Assembly (NCBI GenBank): GCA_964474445.1
Contig: CAYYSJ010000001.1
Location: 78,530-142,529 of the forward strand
Length of the DNA: 64,000 bases
Origin: an uncultured Gammaproteobacteria bacterium
GTDB taxonomy: Bacteria; Patescibacteriota; Microgenomatia; Levybacterales; UBA12049
Direction of reading: 5' to 3'
This document shows, in pieces, positions 38,259 through 47,599 of this stretch (position 1 is its first letter; every line of letters starts with the position of its first letter). The notes below the pieces were generated by a model. It made no database searches and had not been told where the DNA came from. It saw only the letters and a program-made list of their open reading frames with translations. A program made the translations under genes and the position numbers.

Positions 38259-39797
38259 TTACAGCTCTACAGCGTGCGCTTGAGATGATGTCTCGTGTCC
38301 ATGTTGTCCACTTTTTGCTTCTTTGACAAACAGTGCAGCAATACCGCCAACTGTCATAAACACTGCTGCAATCTTAAAAACTACTGAATATGCTAGAACA
38401 TTTGCTCTTATCAGCATAAGACCAAAAATTTTTTTCATGAGCATTGGGTCAGGTATGGTAACAATAGAATGTTGTTGAAGTGCAATGAGATTTGCATTGA
38501 CACTATTGGTAAGAATTGTTGCAAAGATAGCAACACCAAACGCACCAGATAAGTTCCTTGCTAAGGCTAAGATTGATGAGGCAATACCTACTTCTTGCAG
38601 TGGGACAGTTGATGTTGCGGCATTGGTTAACGGAGCAAGTCCGATACCAAGCCCTGCAGCAAAGAGTCCAAGCCTCCATGTTATATCCCAAAACGTCCAT
38701 TTCACATCAATGCCAGTAAAAGAGAGAAGCATGACTGCTGCAAAAAACATGCCCGTTGCTATAACCCAACGTGGTTGAAAAACTCTGGAAAGACGAGCGC
38801 CGCTTTGTGCTGCGAACATAAGACAAATTGCCATTGGAATATAAAGGTATCCAGATTTTGTTACCGAATATCCAAGAAAATTCTGTGTGAAAAGAGGAAG
38901 CAGAAAGATTGCTCCAACCATTCCTAAAAAGGAGATAAATGAGGTGATAATTGCTGCTGAGAATGCAGGGATTTTGAAAAAACGTAAATCAACCACTGGC
39001 TCTTTTTGTTCCTTTTCAACCCAAAGAAAAAGAACAAGTGATACCACTGAAACTATATAGGAAAGGATACTTTGCCCACTTCCCCATCCCCAACTTTGTC
39101 CTTGATCCAATACTAAAACCATCGTTCCCAAACTAACACCTAACAACAAGGACCCCCAGATATCAAAATCTTTCAAACCTTTAATTTTTTGGACAGGTTC
39201 AGTAATAAATCGCATAGCCATCAGTGTTCCTAGAATTCCCAATGGGACATTCACATAAAATACTGATCTCCACCCAAATAAATCAACCAGTGGCCCTCCA
39301 AGAAGTGGTCCAAAGACAATAGCTGCTGCGAAAATCCCAGACCAAATACCCATTGCTTGTGCCCGTTGCTGTTTATCCTCAAAGGTAAAGGCAATGATAG
39401 AAAGAGCAATTGGATAATCAATACTTACAGTGACTGCTTGCAGGACACGGAAAATAACCATGGATGGTAAGTTAAATGATAATCCTGCCAGCATAGATGT
39501 TAGCGTAAATCCGACAATACCAAAGATATATAGTGGCTTTCTTCCAATAAGGTCACCTAATTTCCCAAAAACAGGGACAAAAATTGCATTGGCGATAATG
39601 TAGGCGGTTGAAATCCAACTGGCTTGGCTAACTGTAATACCAAAATCAGAAATAATTTTTGGGAGTGCTAAATTGACAATTGTTCCATCTAATCGACCAA
39701 GGAATGACGCAATCATTAGAGTAAGTAACACAAGCCATTGATGCGTTTCAAATCCTTTTCTTGCTGGAGGAGGTGGTAGTTTGGATTGTTTTGTCAT
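38259..39797 (-). CDS. MFS DHA2 (EmrB/QacA) efflux transporter
   Basis: LDGTIVNLALP, GKLGDLIGRK, GPLLGG, WRSVFYVNVP. Confidence 0.92.
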   Translation of the reverse strand: MTKQSKLPPPPARKGFETHQWLVLLTLMIASFLGRLDGTIVNLALPKIISDFGITVSQASWISTAYIIANAIFVPVFGKLGDLIGRKPLYIFGIVGFTLTSMLAGLSFNLPSMVIFRVLQAVTVSIDYPIALSIIAFTFEDKQQRAQAMGIWSGIFAAAIVFGPLLGGPLVDLFGWRSVFYVNVPLGILGTLMAMRFITEPVQKIKGLKDFDIWGSLLLGVSLGTMVLVLDQGQSWGWGSGQSILSYIVSVVSLVLFLWVEKEQKEPVVDLRFFKIPAFSAAIITSFISFLGMVGAIFLLPLFTQNFLGYSVTKSGYLYIPMAICLMFAAQSGARLSRVFQPRWVIATGMFFAAVMLLSFTGIDVKWTFWDITWRLGLFAAGLGIGLAPLTNAATSTVPLQEVGIASSILALARNLSGAFGVAIFATILTNSVNANLIALQQHSIVTIPDPMLMKKIFGLMLIRANVLAYSVVFKIAAVFMTVGGIAALFVKEAKSGQHGHETSSQAHAVEL

Positions 39798-39883
39798 GGT
39801 TTCTATGTATTACTAAGTGATGCAGAGAAATCTTTTGTATGGAGGAGATCCTTTTCTGCACTCAAAATGATAGTTTAAGTCAT

Positions 39884-40522
39884 TTAATTGGTATCCGTGT
39901 ATATTACCATTTTTGCTGACATGCCATTTCTGATTTGCGGATAATCTGTTGCATGGAATCGTGCATATACAACAAATTGCTGTGTTGGGCGCTCGGAAGA
40001 AATAGAAAATGCGACTTGTGTTTGCTTAGCAGAAGGAGAAATTTCATCAACATATCCCCAGAATGTTCTCCCTGGTAAAGCATCAACAGTAAAGGAGACA
40101 GCTTGTCCAACCCTAATGTCTGAAAGACCTTTATTCTCATCAATTGTTCCTGCAACCCGCATATCAACAGGATTGATCATTTGAACAACAGGAGTTGTTG
40201 CATTGACAAGACTACCAATTTGATTATTTGCCATAATAATAAGTCCCGCTGTATCTGCGTAAAGTGTTTGACTTCCAACAGTTGCGAGAGGATCTCCTTT
40301 TTTAACCATTTGATTCTCGTACACATTTGTCTCAAGAAGTTTCCCCGTACTGGCCGGTGCAACTGCAATAATTGGTGCCTGAATAAGTGAATCATCAATA
40401 AAGACCCTTCCCTGTCGTATCTGATAAAAGTAATATCCAAGTACTGTTAGGAGTATGACGAAAGCGACGAGAAGTGGACGAAAAACTGATGGATTTTTTA
40501 GTTTTGAAAAAAGGTTTTTCAT
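39884..40522 (-). CDS. HlyD/EmrA-like adaptor lacking an alpha-hairpin
   Basis: N-terminal TM, lipoyl-like halves directly joined (VKKGDPLA..LYADTAG), beta-barrel GQ.V.FTVDALPG..F.G.V. Confidence 0.8.
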   Translation of the reverse strand: MKNLFSKLKNPSVFRPLLVAFVILLTVLGYYFYQIRQGRVFIDDSLIQAPIIAVAPASTGKLLETNVYENQMVKKGDPLATVGSQTLYADTAGLIIMANNQIGSLVNATTPVVQMINPVDMRVAGTIDENKGLSDIRVGQAVSFTVDALPGRTFWGYVDEISPSAKQTQVAFSISSERPTQQFVVYARFHATDYPQIRNGMSAKMVIYTDTN

Positions 40523-41556
40523 AAGAATGAATAATGCTCCTTTGCAACTTTCTCAGAATTTAGAATAATTTTATTATCAAGTGATAATCCCGCTGTCACT
40601 TCTGTCATATCCCCATGAGTTTTCCCAGTCGTGACTGACTTTAATACAGGTTTATTATTTTCTAAAACCCATACATTATTATGGTTGAGAATTGCCCAGG
40701 TAGGAACCATAAGCGACGTGCTTTGATTGTTACTTCTTATCGTGACTGAACCTGTTTGTCCTAAGAGAGACGCTGTGAGTCCTGAAGCTTGAATATCCAC
40801 CTGATAGACATCTTCACCTGTTGAAAGGGTCATTTTTTGTGGGTAAATTCTCTTAACTATGCCTGAGTAGGTATTTGCCACTCCATCGATATAAATTGTT
40901 GCTTCCCCTCCGACACTTACAAAATCAATGTCTGTTGCTCTCACATTTGCTCGAAAGACTTTTGTCGTTGGATCAGCAACAGAAAAAGAAGTTAATGGAG
41001 TGACATTGACATTAGGTGTTGTGATATCTTCATGGGTAATAATGCCACTAATAGGGGAAGTAAGGAATGCTTGTTCTTGAGCGATCTTTTGAATTTCTAC
41101 AGTAAGTTTTGTTTGATCTAAGGTATTCATTGCTGTTTGGAGTTGACGTCGTGCTGCAATACTGAGTCCTGTATCGTTTAAATCCCGATTTCCATTAAAG
41201 TCGTTTATTGTGTCAAAGCTCATTTGTTGGATTTGTGCAGTTTTGACAGCTGTTTGTAAGTTATCAACAATAGTACGCTGGTCAAGCGCTGCAATTGTTT
41301 GCCCTATCCCGACACTGTCCCCTTCCTTAAAGGGAAGATAAACAATTTGTCCTGCTATTTGAAAATGAAGTGTTGCTTCCTTTTCCGAATGGATACTACC
41401 TGTTGCCGTTATATTCTGTGATACTGATTTGACTGCAACACTTTGTGCCTGGATTGGTGCAACAATTGTCCCTGCTGCTGCTACCACTCCAACAGTCACT
41501 CCAAGTGTCAGGAGTGCTACAAAAAGTAGTAATAGTGAAAATTGTTTATTTTTCAT
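40519..41556 (-). CDS. Membrane-fusion (efflux adaptor) protein
   Basis: L.F...G.I....KEGD.V..GQ.IA.LD, SPISG, VP..AI, V.TG..EV..GL. Confidence 0.85.
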   Translation of the reverse strand: MKNKQFSLLLLFVALLTLGVTVGVVAAAGTIVAPIQAQSVAVKSVSQNITATGSIHSEKEATLHFQIAGQIVYLPFKEGDSVGIGQTIAALDQRTIVDNLQTAVKTAQIQQMSFDTINDFNGNRDLNDTGLSIAARRQLQTAMNTLDQTKLTVEIQKIAQEQAFLTSPISGIITHEDITTPNVNVTPLTSFSVADPTTKVFRANVRATDIDFVSVGGEATIYIDGVANTYSGIVKRIYPQKMTLSTGEDVYQVDIQASGLTASLLGQTGSVTIRSNNQSTSLMVPTWAILNHNNVWVLENNKPVLKSVTTGKTHGDMTEVTAGLSLDNKIILNSEKVAKEHYSFL

Positions 41557-41980
41557 CTAATTTCTCCATTGCCATTACTAGTGTATCAAATATTCGCGAT
41601 AAATCATCCTTGTCTTTTTCTGAAAGATATGCAAGTATCTTTTCCATGTTTTTTGCGCGCTCTTTCATTGCACCTATTAATAGTTCCTCACCTTTTGGCG
41701 TAAGATGAAGAAGCACTAGTCGTCGATCATCTTTATCTGTTTGTCTTTTAACAAAGGAAAGTTTTACTAGTTTTTCAACAATTGTTGTTGCTGATGGCAA
41801 CTCAACTTTTAAGTATTCCGCAAGTGATTTCATAGGTGTTCCAGGGTTTTGCTTAATATAATGAAGTGTGTGAAGTTGAACCATGCTTAAGTTCATCATG
41901 TCTGTTTGCAAAGACATTTGTTCCTTCATGCATCGTAAAAAGGTAAATACTTTTTCTATAAGAGAGTTTGTTTTATTCAT
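41546..41980 (-). CDS. MarR family transcriptional regulator
   Basis: LS..Q..TL, LAEYL.V..P.AT.IV.KL, D..DRR...L.LT.KG. Confidence 0.92.
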   Translation of the reverse strand: MNKTNSLIEKVFTFLRCMKEQMSLQTDMMNLSMVQLHTLHYIKQNPGTPMKSLAEYLKVELPSATTIVEKLVKLSFVKRQTDKDDRRLVLLHLTPKGEELLIGAMKERAKNMEKILAYLSEKDKDDLSRIFDTLVMAMEKLDEK

Positions 41981-42037
41981 AAATAGTTAATAAGTCTAAC
42001 TATTTACTATTATAATTACATCAGAGCAAGATGTCAA
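41980..42037 (-). promoter_or_regulatory. Consensus promoter and MarR operator
   Basis: TTGACA(42037-42032)-N17-TATAAT(42014-42009); palindrome TAAATAGTTA-N7-TAACTATTTA (41980-42006). Confidence 0.8.
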
Positions 42038-42071
42038 GCATACAAGGAAAGGTTTGGTGTATACTCACCGT

Positions 42072-42707
42072 ATGATTGTTCCTGATATCCTTCTTGAAGA
42101 ATCATTATGGCAAAAAGGTTTTCTGCATGTTGCAGGGGTTGATGAGGCTGGAAAAGGTCCACTGGCTGGGCCAGTAACAGCAGGTGCCGTTATGATTCAC
42201 ACTTCATCACAAATAGTTACAAGTGTACGGGATAGTAAGCTCATGACATCTAAACAACGAGAAAAAGCATTTGCTGAAATTTGTCAAAAGTCTTCAAGTT
42301 ATGGAATTGGCATTGTTGAGGCAGAGGAGATAGATACTCTGGGTATTGACGTGGCAGTGCAAAAAGCAATGATCATGGCGCTTACAATGTTAGAAAAAAA
42401 TTTTGGGACTTCCCTTTCTTTTGTTTTGGTTGATGGCTCAAAAACAAAAATACTTCCTTTATTCCAATCTCAGCGAATAAAAAAAGGCGGACTGTATCAC
42501 TATTCTATTGCTGCAGGCTCTATTTTGGCAAAAGTAACACGAGATAGAATGATGCATGAAGTTGCTAAAGTATACCCTCTCTACGGCTTTGATAGGCACG
42601 TTGGATATGGGACAAAAAGACATATAGATATCATCAATCAGTATGGTCCTTGCCCAATTCATCGAAAATCATTTGAACCAATAAAAAGCATTGTGCAAAA
42701 GCACTAA
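42072..42707 (+). CDS. rnhB: Ribonuclease HII
   Basis: GVDEAG.GPLAGPV, DSK, LVDG, SIAAGSILAKVTRD, GYGT, HRKSF. Confidence 0.95.
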   Translation: MIVPDILLEESLWQKGFLHVAGVDEAGKGPLAGPVTAGAVMIHTSSQIVTSVRDSKLMTSKQREKAFAEICQKSSSYGIGIVEAEEIDTLGIDVAVQKAMIMALTMLEKNFGTSLSFVLVDGSKTKILPLFQSQRIKKGGLYHYSIAAGSILAKVTRDRMMHEVAKVYPLYGFDRHVGYGTKRHIDIINQYGPCPIHRKSFEPIKSIVQKH

Positions 42708-42859
42708 CTTCTTGCTTGTTTCTACAGGTCATTTTTTAATGATTTCCAAAAAATGTATTGGAAATTATGCATGAAATTCGCATTCATAACGCATTGCATG
42801 TGAATAGTGGTAGTAAGAGAATACATACTAAGATTGCCATTGTGGCAGTTTATATCACT

Positions 42860-43426
42860 ATGAAAATTGGATTAATTGCATCATTGAGAGGAAAAGATTC
42901 ATACCACTTGCATTACAAAACAATTATTGACCATCTTACAAAAAAAGGTCATGAAGTTGAGCATATGCTCCATATGTTTGAAAAAGATGTACTGGCAATG
43001 GATTCTGTAATAAGAGAAAAGTTCTTTCAGGATTTTTATAACCGTTTGGAACATACGGATCTTGTTATTGCTGAATGCTCTTTCCCAAGCATGAATGTCG
43101 GGTACGGTGTTGCTTACCTAATACAAAGAGGAAAATCTGTAATTGTCATGTATTTGCATGGAACTGATGGATACAAATTTGGTGTTTCTACCTTTACTGG
43201 GAGTTTAGATAATGTTACCGTGAACGCATACCGTGACGATACGTTGAAAGAAACGCTTGACTATGCAGTGAGTACTATGGCCCTTAAGCTTGACAAACGT
43301 TTTACCATTATTTTCCCTGCTCATTTAATGAATAGATTGGAAGATATATCTAGAAAGAAAAAAATTCCCAAAGCAGTATACATACGAAATCTTATAGAAA
43401 AGCAACTTGCAAAAGAACGCTCCTAA
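42860..43426 (+). CDS. Nucleoside 2-deoxyribosyltransferase-like domain fused to C-terminal ribbon-helix-helix
   Basis: DLVIAECSFPS..VGY; C-terminal RFTIIFP..L..RLE..S....PKA.YIR.LIE; start revised to MKIGL. Confidence 0.7.
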   Translation: MKIGLIASLRGKDSYHLHYKTIIDHLTKKGHEVEHMLHMFEKDVLAMDSVIREKFFQDFYNRLEHTDLVIAECSFPSMNVGYGVAYLIQRGKSVIVMYLHGTDGYKFGVSTFTGSLDNVTVNAYRDDTLKETLDYAVSTMALKLDKRFTIIFPAHLMNRLEDISRKKKIPKAVYIRNLIEKQLAKERS

Positions 43427-43548
43427 TAATCTTTGTTACATAATCTCTCTATTGTTCACAACGTTTTATATAAAACAAGTGCGGAGAGAATAAGCTTCTA
43501 TGGGTTCACGCTCTCGAGGAAAATACGTTGGTTGTATTATAAAAATAT

Positions 43549-43872
43549 CTATATTTTCCCTAGCCTTTTCCTATATTCACTTTCAGCTGCCTCATCTATA
43601 ATCCGAACCTCTCTCTCCACTTGTTCAAGCATCTGAGGTGGAAGACCAGATTGCTGTGCAAGCGTTACTTTAACTTGCGCGAGTAAATGAAGTCCTTGAT
43701 CAGGAGGGAATGATGGGTTATGATATGCTTCAGTCAAAGCTCCAAGTAGGTCGCCACTGTTCATAAGATGTATTACTCTATCTTGACTTCCTTCATATTG
43801 TCCACGCCTCATTCGCTCTGTAAAACGTGCTTTAGCGCCTCCTAAAGTTTCTTTCAAGCCTTCTATAATCAT
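43549..43872 (-). CDS. Hypothetical protein
   Basis: ORF; ATG 43872 lies 6 nt after TGCTATAAG. Confidence 0.55.
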   Translation of the reverse strand: MIIEGLKETLGGAKARFTERMRRGQYEGSQDRVIHLMNSGDLLGALTEAYHNPSFPPDQGLHLLAQVKVTLAQQSGLPPQMLEQVEREVRIIDEAAESEYRKRLGKI

Positions 43873-43930
43873 GAAATGCTTATAGCAATTTTCTATTGTC
43901 TGCGCAAGATAGAAAGATGTTAGAGAAATG

Positions 43931-44278
43931 TCAGGAGTAATGAAAATCATCTGTAGGTAAGGTAACTGTCGTTACTGGGGCTATTATTCCTATACGACTT
44001 GATTCTTCTCCTACTTCGCGTTCTGTTGAATCAAGTTGTGTTTTTGATTCCGCACTTTTGAAATTAAGTAGTCCCTCTGTATATCCATACCCATGCGGAA
44101 ATTTTTTCGAACCAGAATATGGGGATCTTTGTGCCCTATCGATGGGTTGCATCACCCTCCTTTTCCTTTGCCAATTACTGTCTGCAGACGGCAGTTCTCC
44201 GCAACTTTCAGGGTTTCTATTCATTTGGAACAAGTTATCAGAATTCATGAGGAGTATCAATATGGATAGGATGTGCAT
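43931..44278 (-). CDS. Hypothetical protein
   Basis: ORF filling gap; start uncertain. Confidence 0.4.
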   Translation of the reverse strand: MHILSILILLMNSDNLFQMNRNPESCGELPSADSNWQRKRRVMQPIDRAQRSPYSGSKKFPHGYGYTEGLLNFKSAESKTQLDSTEREVGEESSRIGIIAPVTTVTLPTDDFHYS

Positions 44279-44385
44279 ATTTACAGATAAATTCTCATAA
44301 ATAAAGATTGCTTCATTTTTAAAAGTACTTATTAAAAAATGTAGTATTTGAAGAAAAAGTATTATATAATAGATATATTATATCT

Positions 44386-44679
44386 ATGGATAATTGCAGT
44401 GTAGCAAAAACATTAAGAGTGATTGGAAGTAAGTGGACAATGCTTATTCTCCACAATCTTTTTGAAGGCAAAAAGCGGTTTGGAGAGTTGCAGCGGGCAC
44501 TGGAGGGGATTAGTCCAAAAACACTCTCTCAAAGACTGCAAGAACTTGAACAAGAAGGCGTTATTAACAAAAAAGTCTTTGCAGAAGTGCCACTCCACGT
44601 TGAATATACACTGACGGAAAAAGGGAAATCTCTGGGTGAAATTTTTGACAAAATGGCTGAATGGGGAGAAAAAAGTTAG
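44386..44679 (+). CDS. HxlR family transcriptional regulator
   Basis: C.V...L..IG.KW..LIL, RFGEL, GISPK.LS.RL.ELE, P..VEY.LT.KG. Confidence 0.92.
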   Translation: MDNCSVAKTLRVIGSKWTMLILHNLFEGKKRFGELQRALEGISPKTLSQRLQELEQEGVINKKVFAEVPLHVEYTLTEKGKSLGEIFDKMAEWGEKS

Positions 44680-44963
44680 GAAAGACGAGGATTCTGAACT
44701 CCTAACATTCCTCTTGTTGGTTTTAATGTCGTTGGCTTTGGAGATACTTCATTTGGTGCTGCACTTTCATGAAGATAATGCTCAAGGTCTAAAATTGCTT
44801 GTTGTACTTTACCCACACCATGGACAACATGTGTATCCCTTCTGAAGCGTTCCTCTGCTTGAGGTAATACGCTTGTTTTTAAATACATTAATCGTTGACG
44901 TGCAGCTTCTTGTAATGCTAGTTGACCTGACAGTAGTCTTTGTTCCTTAACCATACTCAACAT
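44676..44963 (-). CDS. Hypothetical protein
   Basis: ORF with TTGACA/TATAAT upstream. Confidence 0.5.
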   Translation of the reverse strand: MLSMVKEQRLLSGQLALQEAARQRLMYLKTSVLPQAEERFRRDTHVVHGVGKVQQAILDLEHYLHESAAPNEVSPKPTTLKPTRGMLGVQNPRLS

Positions 44964-45095
44964 AATTATATATGTGCTTGCTGTCTTGTCAAGATTTTTT
45001 TTTGTAAATTTTTTCTAAAACTGCATTGTAAGTCTTTCACGCCTCTTAAACGATTATTTCTTTTATCTTATTTACAGAAATTACCATATGGTGGT

Positions 45096-45767
45096 ATGAA
45101 GGATAATAAGAAAACACAACCTGAAGAACGTCCAATTGACCCGAGTCGTGATGCTCAAGATATTTTTGGTGATATCAGTGGGATGACTGGAGTAACAACT
45201 GGAAATCCAAAAGCTGTTAGCGCCGAACCAACTGATGACGTCAACAATCTTGATCTTGAATATGAACCAGGAGGGGTGCAAGATGTTAAAGAATCTCCAA
45301 AAGGAAGTCTTGGGGTACCAAAAGAAAGCTACAGCGAAAGAATATATAACAAAAAAATTGAGCAAGGTATGTCCACCACCTACGAAGATATATCTAATGT
45401 AGTTGCATCTGATACATCTGAGGAAGAATCTCCAACTCCAAAAGCCACAAAATCAGCCGTTACAGAACAAGGTGCTGAAACAGTTGTAGCTAATGAAAAT
45501 GCTATTACCAATACCTCTGAATTTGAAGAAGGGACAAATGAAGACCCGTTGACAACCGAGCAAGGAGAATTTGCAGCACAAGAGAGTCCAGCCGAGGCTG
45601 GAGAACAATCCGTGAGTGGTGATATGCCAACTCCTGATAGTGATGATGACACTCTCGCCAATGCACAAGCAGTTGGAACTCAAACAGAGGAAGATCCTGA
45701 ACATCCGGAAGAATTAGATATAGGACGAGATATTGATGAAGCAGAAGAATATGAGCGAACTCATTAA
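45096..45767 (+). CDS. Highly acidic, disordered protein (C-terminus DUF6335-like)
   Basis: D/E-rich; GEQSVSGDMPTPDSDDD...AVG; start revised to MKDNK. Confidence 0.65.
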   Translation: MKDNKKTQPEERPIDPSRDAQDIFGDISGMTGVTTGNPKAVSAEPTDDVNNLDLEYEPGGVQDVKESPKGSLGVPKESYSERIYNKKIEQGMSTTYEDISNVVASDTSEEESPTPKATKSAVTEQGAETVVANENAITNTSEFEEGTNEDPLTTEQGEFAAQESPAEAGEQSVSGDMPTPDSDDDTLANAQAVGTQTEEDPEHPEELDIGRDIDEAEEYERTH

Positions 45768-46417
45768 CCTATTTTTGACTCCCTTTGTGTCAGTGCTGCA
45801 AGCGTATTCATTGGTCTTAACTTTGTAGGAAGTGTTCGTACAACTCCTGATACATGTCCTATGAGGTCAAATATGTTTCTCTTAGATGAGTCAGAAGGAG
45901 GAAATGTTCCATCATACAAAAGTGTAGGATTACCTGCTAGTGTTCGCAGAGTTCTACGCATAGTACTCCCCTTTTCTGATCGTCTCTCCGGCCATCCAAG
46001 TCTATCACCCATGCTAACTACTTTGTATGCAATATTCTCAGTCGCCACGGCTTGTGAACCACTGTGCACAAATACGCTTTTTCTTCTTTCGGCAATACGA
46101 CCAAACCTTTCCTCAACTGTCCTAAGATGTGTTACTGTTTTCTGAAGTGGTTGCAGGAGATCAGAATTGCTTAAACCTAGCTCTGACCACTCTAATCGTT
46201 GCTGCATGCGCTTGAGATCAGCTTTTGCTGTCTCTTGAGCGATTAAAGCAGAGAGATATGCTCTTTGTTTCTTACTGAGATGGAATATCTTATCAACATC
46301 ATAGTTTTTCCTTGCAAAAAATGCTCTCATGTCTCTTGCAAATAAATCAGCTTCGAGTTTTGTACGCTCTTGTAACTCTCGCTTCATAGATATCGTTATG
46401 GTAATGTATGCAAGCAA
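45764..46417 (-). CDS. Hypothetical basic helical protein
   Basis: Long ORF, no recognised motif; start may be MKREL (46387). Confidence 0.55.
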   Translation of the reverse strand: MLAYITITISMKRELQERTKLEADLFARDMRAFFARKNYDVDKIFHLSKKQRAYLSALIAQETAKADLKRMQQRLEWSELGLSNSDLLQPLQKTVTHLRTVEERFGRIAERRKSVFVHSGSQAVATENIAYKVVSMGDRLGWPERRSEKGSTMRRTLRTLAGNPTLLYDGTFPPSDSSKRNIFDLIGHVSGVVRTLPTKLRPMNTLAALTQRESKIG

Positions 46418-46447
46418 GGAGACGGTGGGAAGTTTGTAAGAAGGATG

Positions 46448-46723
46448 TTATGATCTACGAAACCACCTATATCGAAGCATTGGATAAATTGATGGATTGT
46501 TGAGAAATTGTATTGTAGATTCTCCAGCTGGGGTAAAAAATGTTCTTCTGCCTGCTATACGACATATTTGCTTAGAAGCTTGGTAGAGAGCTTGTTCGTC
46601 AGTATGAGTCTGATTGCCTACTTTAAAAATATCAACAAACCCTGTTTGGGGCTTTTCCTTACGTTTTAAAAATTTGGGCAGTTCCACGCCGGGGAGTTTA
46701 CCAATTACAGCAATTATATGCAA
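46448..46723 (-). CDS. Hypothetical protein
   Basis: ORF directly downstream of sortase. Confidence 0.45.
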   Translation of the reverse strand: MHIIAVIGKLPGVELPKFLKRKEKPQTGFVDIFKVGNQTHTDEQALYQASKQICRIAGRRTFFTPAGESTIQFLNNPSIYPMLRYRWFRRS

Positions 46724-46727
46724 GCAA

Positions 46728-47522
46728 TCACTTGACCGGCTTAGCTACAACAATAAGACGTTTCCAGGTCGTACCAGGAGGCCAACAGGTTTGTAAAACA
46801 ATTTTCTCGTCCGTATCTTTTTGTGCATTCACAAGAAGTGATACATCATTTGCATCAAGAATCTTGGTATCTGTTACTTTGTAGTTATAGCGGTAGTTGT
46901 TAAAGAATAAATCAATATCATCTCCTACATTTAAGTCTTTCAGTAAATAAAAAACAGCGTTATACCTTCCAACATTCCAAAAACTATCCGTTGAGTGAGC
47001 AAAGTAGAATGATGTGCCTTTCATGCCAGGAAAGACTGTTCCTTTCGCATGAGCAATTCCCTGTTTCAATGCAGCTAAATATTCTGATTCATTACTTGAG
47101 TCAACGTTGATAATCACTCGAGAGCTTGCTCCAATTTTTGGAATAACGATACTAAACAATGTATCTGGAGGGGTAATGATTTCTGAGGTGGTTGTTTTCA
47201 GATTGCCAAGAGGACTTTTTGTTTGTGGCGAGGCAACAACATACTGTACTCCTCGAATAGTGTCGATGTGAAATTTGATTTCATAAAAAAGTGCAGGGCC
47301 AATAGTCATGCCTATTCCAAAAAGCGCAAAAAGAATAAGGAAGTTTCCGATAGATTTCAAAATAAGCAATCTTCGATACACGTTACTTTGTAACATTTCT
47401 TGAAACGAAAGTGCTTCTCCTTGTTGAATGGTCTGTTCTGCTTGTACCGTATAGGTGGAAGAGGTAGGTTGAGACGAAGAAGTATACTCTGTCTTTTCCC
47501 CTTTTCTTCTCTGCATAGTCAT
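46728..47522 (-). CDS. Sortase
   Basis: TM, IPKIG, GIAH..GT..PG, AHS, L.VGD, LQTCWPPG..KR (His/Cys/Arg triad); start revised to MTMQRR. Confidence 0.9.
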   Translation of the reverse strand: MTMQRRKGEKTEYTSSSQPTSSTYTVQAEQTIQQGEALSFQEMLQSNVYRRLLILKSIGNFLILFALFGIGMTIGPALFYEIKFHIDTIRGVQYVVASPQTKSPLGNLKTTTSEIITPPDTLFSIVIPKIGASSRVIINVDSSNESEYLAALKQGIAHAKGTVFPGMKGTSFYFAHSTDSFWNVGRYNAVFYLLKDLNVGDDIDLFFNNYRYNYKVTDTKILDANDVSLLVNAQKDTDEKIVLQTCWPPGTTWKRLIVVAKPVK

Positions 47523-47599
47523 GAATATATTGTACCAAAAAGAGAAAAAGGATGGATTTAAAAAATTAGATTTGAGGTTAATCATATCACCAGGATCCT

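Noticed and set aside
39821-39860. Imperfect inverted repeat TGCAGAGAAA..TTTTCTGCA between adaptor and MFS genes
   Set aside because: Ordinary intergenic hairpin; nothing further supportable
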